NCBI RefSeq assembly: GCF_006345805.1
Contig: NW_021827512.1
Location: forward strand, 1 to 28,193
Direction: 5' to 3'
Source of the DNA: Octopus sinensis
Taxonomy: Eukaryota
Length of the DNA stretch: 28,193 nt
Shown here: positions 22,881 through 28,193 of the stretch, piece after piece
Layout: each line of letters starts with the position of its first letter
Numbering within the stretch: the first letter of the stretch is position 1
Position numbers and translations under genes: made by a program
Notes under the pieces: model-generated
Database searches by the model: none
Told to the model about the DNA's origin: nothing
The model's input: only the letters and a program-made list of their open reading frames with translations

Positions 22881-23567
22881 ATACATTCACTCCATATGCA
22901 ACATTCCTTGCTCCAGATTCGTAGCTGAGTTATGTAGAATGACCCGGAAGTCGACATCCTCATATAATTTGTTTAGCCTGCTGTTATAGATTGCTATCTC
23001 ATCAGTGTGTTGTTATCGCGACCACGGCCCTGTGCAGAAGATGGAAAAGGAGATATCTCGGCGTCTCGGCGCCCTTCCACGTTGGCCGCTGGTGGTGGAA
23101 GCACTGAGAGTGCTGTGATTCTGTTAGTCTGAGCATCATCGAAGCCGCACACGGCATAGTCGTGGAAACAGCAACAACCATGGGCTTGCACACTCAACCA
23201 ACTTTTTATCGTTATCCCTTCCTCTGTTTTTCTCTAGTCTTCTTCGTCTGAGCAGGAGACCCTCAATGAGCCATCAAGTATGAAACACTTGTGGGACAGG
23301 CGTCCACTTTCATTCAGTGACAGGGTATAAGTCCAGAACGGTTTTGTGGTTTTTGGGGTTCACTACAGACTCGATACTCATGTTAAACCCGCACGAGCAC
23401 TTGCTATCGCAGGTCGCTTTCACACAACTTTCATAGACCTGCCATTTTTAGGGGTTAAATTTCAAAACAAGTAAATAGTTTCACTCAATATGGACATCTG
23501 TTACAACCTCGTAGTTCTTCAGGATCTTTTCACCTCCATTTATTGGACTTCAATGATGTTCAATACC

Positions 23568-23640
<73 letters not shown>

Positions 23641-23666
23641 TGATAATAATAATATTAATAATAATA

Positions 23667-23816
23667 ATCCTTTCTACTAAAGGCATGTGGTCTGGATTTT
23701 ATGGGGAGGGAGATGATTGTCAATTGCACCTACCCCAGTGTATCACTGGTACTTAATTTATCGACCTCGAAAAGATGAAAAGTGACGTCGACCTTGGCTC
23801 TGCCACCTCGCCACTT
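23667..23816 (-). mobile_element. SINE family B (B2 tail), internally deleted, embedded in (AAT)n
   Basis: TCCTTTCTACTAAAGGC..CTGGTACTTAATTTATCGACC..GTCGACCTTGGC|TCTGCCACCTCGCC; (AAT)n at 23568-23666 and 23818-23889. Confidence 0.8.
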
Positions 23817-23818
23817 TA

Positions 23819-23853
<35 letters not shown>

Positions 23854-23889
23854 TAATAATAATAAATAATAATAATAATAATAATAATA

Positions 23890-24433
23890 GATGCAGTACC
23901 AGGCAGTGGCTCTCATGGCTTCTGATCTTAACTGATTGGAAGTGTTATCATGTCATTGTTTTGTCTTGGTATAAAAGATGGGCTACAGCAAATATTCTGC
24001 TCAATACCACAGATTTGCTTGTCAGTTGTTTGACCTTAACCAGTTGAGCATGTCCTTAGTGGCTGACGATATGTGCATCTCTGATCACGAGCAGAAGTAG
24101 TGGGGGAGATCATGGCCATGTGTTGAGAGGGATTCTTTGGAGTTTGAATGGTTCGCCCTCTGAAACATAGGTGTTTCGTTCAACATCTAAAGCAACCCTT
24201 ATTCAGGGACCGTTTGAGCAGGATGGCTACTCAACCTGAAGAAAATTCTAACTGGGCCCCACCTGCAAGGTCATGTGCTGTTTATCTTGATATGAGATCA
24301 CCATGTCGCGCACATATGGTTGTGATGCATGTGCCTGGTGTACCTTTATCAGACGGGTAGTCATGATGGGTATATTGGGCTTCGTATATTTTACCCCAGT
24401 GTCACTTTGATGGCATGAACTGCTCTCTCACTC
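23890..24433. mobile_element. Unclassified ~545-bp repeat, copy 1, flanked by (AAT)n
   Basis: GATGCAGTACCAGGCAGTGGC...CTCTCTCACTC; colinear with 24476-25032. Confidence 0.75.
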
Positions 24434-24469
24434 AATAATAATAATAATGATAATAATAATAATAATAAA

Positions 24470-25032
24470 TGACTTGATGCAGTACCAAACAGTGGCTTTC
24501 ATGATTTCTGATCTTAACTGATTGGATCTTAACTGAGTGTTATCGTGTACATTGTTTTGTCTTGGTATAAAGGATGGCCTTCAGCAAATATTCTGCTCAA
24601 TACCACAGATATGCTTGTCACTTGTTTGACTTTAACCAGTTGAGCATGTCCTTAGTGGCTGACGATATACGCATCTCTGATCACGAGCAGAGATAGTGGG
24701 GGAGCATCATAGCCATGTGTTGAGAGGGATTCTTTGGGGTCTGGATAATTCACTTCTGGAAACATGGATGTTTCGCTCAACATCCTTAAAAAACCCTTAT
24801 TCAGGGACCTTTCGAGCGGGATAGGTTACTCGACCTGAATAAAATTCTAACTGGGCCCCAACTGCAAGGCCATGCGCTGTTTATCTTGATATGAAATCAC
24901 CATGTCGTGCACATATGGTTGTGATGTATGTGCCTGGTGTACCCTTATCACACAGGTAGTCATGATGGGTAAACTGGGCTTCGTCCATTGTATCCCAGTG
25001 TCACTTTGATGGCATGCACTGTTCTCTCACTC
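24470..25032. mobile_element. Unclassified ~560-bp repeat, copy 2, followed by (AGT)n(AAT)n
   Basis: Homologous to copy 1 along its whole length, with scattered differences. Confidence 0.75.
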
Positions 25033-25078
<46 letters not shown>

Positions 25079-25116
25079 AGTAATAATAATAATAATAATA
25101 TAATAATAATAATAAT

Positions 25117-25838
25117 TGCCGATTCTGCACGACGTGATTGAAACAGTGGACCACCTAATCTCTGGATGTAAAGTCTAGCACCAGTGGAGTATAATTAAGA
25201 CATGACAGAGTTGGTCAATATCTACACTGGCTAATAAGTCGGCATTATAATATAAACAACCTGCCGACAAGTGGTATAATCACCACCCTGAGGCTGTAAC
25301 TGAAGGAGAAAATGTAACGATTCTGTGGGACTTTCCAGTACATAAGACCGAACCATCAAGGCCAATAAACCAGATATTGTTGTGAAAGACCAAAACAATA
25401 AAGTTTGCTTATTGATCGACATGAGCATCCCCTGTGATCATACTCTCAGCGAAGAGTTTGACAAGCTCAGAAAATATAAGACCTACTCATTGAAATTGAG
25501 AAAATGTGGCATCTCAAGGCGGTTACAATACCAGTGATCGTAGGGGCACTAGGAATGATCAAGAAGGGAACCGAAAATTATATGAGAATGATCCCTGGCT
25601 TACCATTCCTGCAAGAAGTGCAAAAGATTGTCTTAACTGGTACATTGAGAAGAGCATTGTCGATGTGAGAACTGTTGCTGCTCATGTATTTTAACTTAAC
25701 TTAAAAAAAAAAAAAATTAACGAACTATTGAGTTTGGTTTAATGGCCTACCAATGTATACTATGAGTTTCTTTGCCCTAGGAGTCGGGAAGACACTCGGC
25801 AAGAAATGGAAGCAAATTTGAAAGAAGAAAAAAAAAAA

Positions 25839-25840
<2 letters not shown>
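25117..25840 (+). mobile_element. R4/Dong-clade RLE non-LTR retrotransposon, 5'-truncated 3' end in (TAA)n
   Basis: Frameshifted CRFC..ETVDHLISGC (CCHC), RHDRVGQYLHW, TILWDFPVH, ANKPDIVVKD..LLIDMSIP (PD..D nuclease), IPVIVGALGMIKK; stop at 25666-25668; short UTR, A-run, (TAA)n on both sides. Confidence 0.88.
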
Positions 25841-25870
<30 letters not shown>

Positions 25871-25902
25871 TAATAATGATGATGATGATAATAATAATAA
25901 TA

Positions 25903-26153
25903 GTTTCTATTTTTAGCAGAAGGTCAGCATTTTCGGAGGAGAAGGCTAGTCGATCAAATTAACCCTGGTACTCAACTGATACTTATCATCCTGCTCGTCA
26001 TCTTCATCATCGACATCTGAAATTACATTATCGACCTCGAAAGGATGAAAGGGAAAGTCGACCACGGCGGAATTTGAACTCAGAATGCAGCGATGGGCGC
26101 AATACCGCAAAGCATTTCGTTCAACGTGCTTACGATTCTGCCAGCTCGACACC
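25903..26153 (-). mobile_element. SINE family B with a ~41-nt internal insertion
   Basis: B head and core; insertion at ~25987-26027. Its (ATT)n tail is the tract downstream of the Dong element. Confidence 0.8.
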
Positions 26154-26175
26154 ATAATAATAATAATAACAATCA

Positions 26176-26390
26176 TGGTTTCAAATTTTGTTACAAGGAC
26201 AGCCATTTTAGGGGCGGGGACTAGTCGATTACATCGACCCCAGTCTGTAACTGGTTCTTAATTTATTGATCCCGAAAGAATAAAAGACAAAGTCGACCAC
26301 GGCGGAATTTGAACTCAGAACGTAGCGGCAGACGAAATACGGCTAAGCATTTCGCCCGGTGTGCTAACGTTTCTGCCAGCTCGCTGCCTT
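26176..26390 (-). mobile_element. SINE family B (B2-like tail), full length
   Basis: AAGGCAGCGAGCTGGCAGAAACGTTAGC..GAGTTCAAATTCC..core..tail. Confidence 0.88.
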
Positions 26391-26488
26391 AAAAGTGCTT
26401 TTAAATATAGGGACAAGACCTGAATTTATACATGATTATTGGTTATTAATTGAATTAAATTTAGGGAGGACGATAAAACAAATGCACA

Positions 26489-26695
26489 GGGGATAGTGGT
26501 TAGGGAGCTGCATTTATAATCGCAAGGTCGTGAAACGAATGGTGCGGTGTGGTTTTGAGCAAAATACATTATCTGAAAAAAAAAAAGTAACACAGTGAAG
26601 GACTATCGCTCCATTCACAGGAAATATGGTCTCGCTCACATATATACGGCATGGAAACCGGGTCATTAGCCCTATGACGCCTAGGACTCGAGATA
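26489..26695 (+). mobile_element. Very degenerate tRNA-head SINE relic
   Basis: TAGTGGTTAGGGAGCTG..ATCGCAAGGTCGTG..GTTTTGAGCAAAATACAT resembles the head at 16430-16360 (minus strand). Confidence 0.45.
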
Positions 26696-26710
26696 GTAAT
26701 ATCCAAAGGT

Positions 26711-26713
26711 TGA

Positions 26714-26747
<34 letters not shown>

Positions 26748-26992
26748 GGTGGTGATAGTGTGGTGGTGGTGGTGATAGTGTGGTGGTAGTAGTGGTGGTG
26801 ATGGTGGTGGTGGTGATGATGATGATGATAATAATGGCGGTGGTGGTGGTGGTGGTGGTGATGATGATGATGACGGTGATGATGATGATAATGCTGCTGC
26901 TGATGATGATGATGAGGAGGACGATGGTGGTGTTGGTGGTGGTGTTGTTGGTGGTGGTGCTGGTGATGATGATGATGATGATGATGATGATA
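26711..26992. repeat. (GAT)/(GGT) compound trinucleotide array
   Basis: Read directly. Confidence 0.93.
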
Positions 26993-27351
26993 AAATGAGA
27001 TACCAACCAAGTACCAGAGTCGTTACAATCGACTGTTCTCGCCGGCATAATTTCTTGTCTTCTGTCTATATAAGTAATTAACCTAAATTAATTTAATCTA
27101 ACTTAATTTAATAGTACATTTTTAATTAGATGAATTAACTTAGCTGTTTCTGACAAGGAAATTCAATTCTAGGCTCACTTGCAGAGACATCCATAATTCA
27201 TTGTTAACTGTCAGTCTCTACTTGTAAGTTTTCTTTCGTTATAAACATTCACGAAAGCTGTATCCATGACAAAAAGTGGATATGATTCGCAAGAGGCTTT
27301 CCATACATGAGGGAATACTTCGAGATACGTGTATTAAAAAAAAAAACACTT

Positions 27352-28049
27352 CAATTTCCTTTGCCTGCCCCTTCACTTTCCCTTGCGTATCTCTTCAATT
27401 TCCCTTACGTACTCCTCCAATTTCCTTTGCGTACCCCTCCAATTTCTCTTGCGTACCCCTTCAATTTCCTTTGCCTACCCCTTCACTCTCCCTTGCGTAC
27501 CCTTCCAATTTCCTTTGCGTACCCCTTCAATTTCCCTTGCGTACCCCTTCAATTTCTCTTGCGTACCTCTTCAATTTCCCTTGCGTATCCCTTCAATCTC
27601 TCTTGCGTACCCTTCCAATTTCTCTTGTGTACCCCTTAAATTTCCTTTGCGTACCCCTTCAATTTCCCTTGCGTACCCCTTCCATTTCCCTTACGTACCT
27701 CTCCAATTTCCCTTACGTACCCTTCCAATTTCTCTTGCGTACCTCTTCAATTTCCCTTGCGTATCCCTTCAATCTCTCTTGCGTACCCCTCCAATTTCCT
27801 TGCGTACCCCTTAAATTTCCTTTGCGTACCCCTTCAAGCTCCCTTGCGTACCCTTTCACTTTCCCTTGCGTACCCCTCCAATTTCTCTTGCGCACCCCTT
27901 CACTTTTCCTTGCGTACCCCTCCAATTTCTCTTGCGTACCCCTTCAATTTCTCTTGCATACCTCTTCAATGTCCCCTGTGTACTCCTTCATTGTCCCTTG
28001 CGTCCCCCCTTCAACTTCCGTTGCGTACCCTTTCGATTTCCCTTGCGTA
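27352..28049. repeat. 22-bp minisatellite, consensus CAATTTCCCTTGCGTACCCCTT, ~31-32 copies
   Basis: Units start at 27352, 27374, 27396, 27418 and so on; strongly pyrimidine-rich on the + strand. Confidence 0.95.
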
Positions 28050-28193
28050 CTTCGGTTTAAGAATCTGCTCCGGAGTTATCTATAATTCGAACGCCAACTC
28101 CCCAGTTCTCATCGATGAGGCTGTCAGGCTGTCAGTTAGGTAGCAAATCCAATAGCAACAACAACGATAGCAACAGGTGTAGCATGTGTATAG

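Noticed and set aside
23890-24433. HDV-like or hammerhead ribozyme in the 550-bp element (CTGACGA near 24063)
   Set aside because: I could not build the required stems: no GAAA box after a paired stem II, and no P1/P1.1 pairing.
27276-28143. 269-aa ORF as a real gene, or the array as CRISPR
   Set aside because: Contiguous 22-bp tandem units with no unique spacers and no cas genes, in a eukaryotic context; the ORF is explained by the lack of stop codons in a pyrimidine-rich repeat.

Overview
This is eukaryotic, repeat-dominated DNA. The SINE and microsatellite landscape looks like an octopus/cephalopod genome, which is pattern recognition and not a database match. No intact host gene is demonstrable, and almost all long ORFs in the track are translated microsatellites. 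The decayed mobile elements are: a Tx1/L1-clade LINE (1672-5030) with two more 5'-truncated copies (7177-7289, 7404-8442), each bounded by (TATC)n; an R4/Dong-type RLE LINE 3' end in (TAA)n (25117-25840); a Penelope-like GIY-YIG fragment (10322-10950) beside two inverted hammerhead-like motifs split by a non-autonomous Helitron (9667-10049); a pogo/Tigger relic (18449-19321); about 20 tRNA-head SINE copies (here called families A and B, plus relics); an unclassified ~550-bp repeat duplicated in (TAA)n; and a 22-bp minisatellite. The best lead is a possible microsatellite-targeting retroelement system. The Tx1 family appears to insert into (TATC)n. One SINE subfamily (B1) ends in ~44 nt that match the Tx1 3' end (36-37/44 identical), suggesting a Tx1-mobilised SINE that also builds head-to-tail arrays at an internal GGTAT site.
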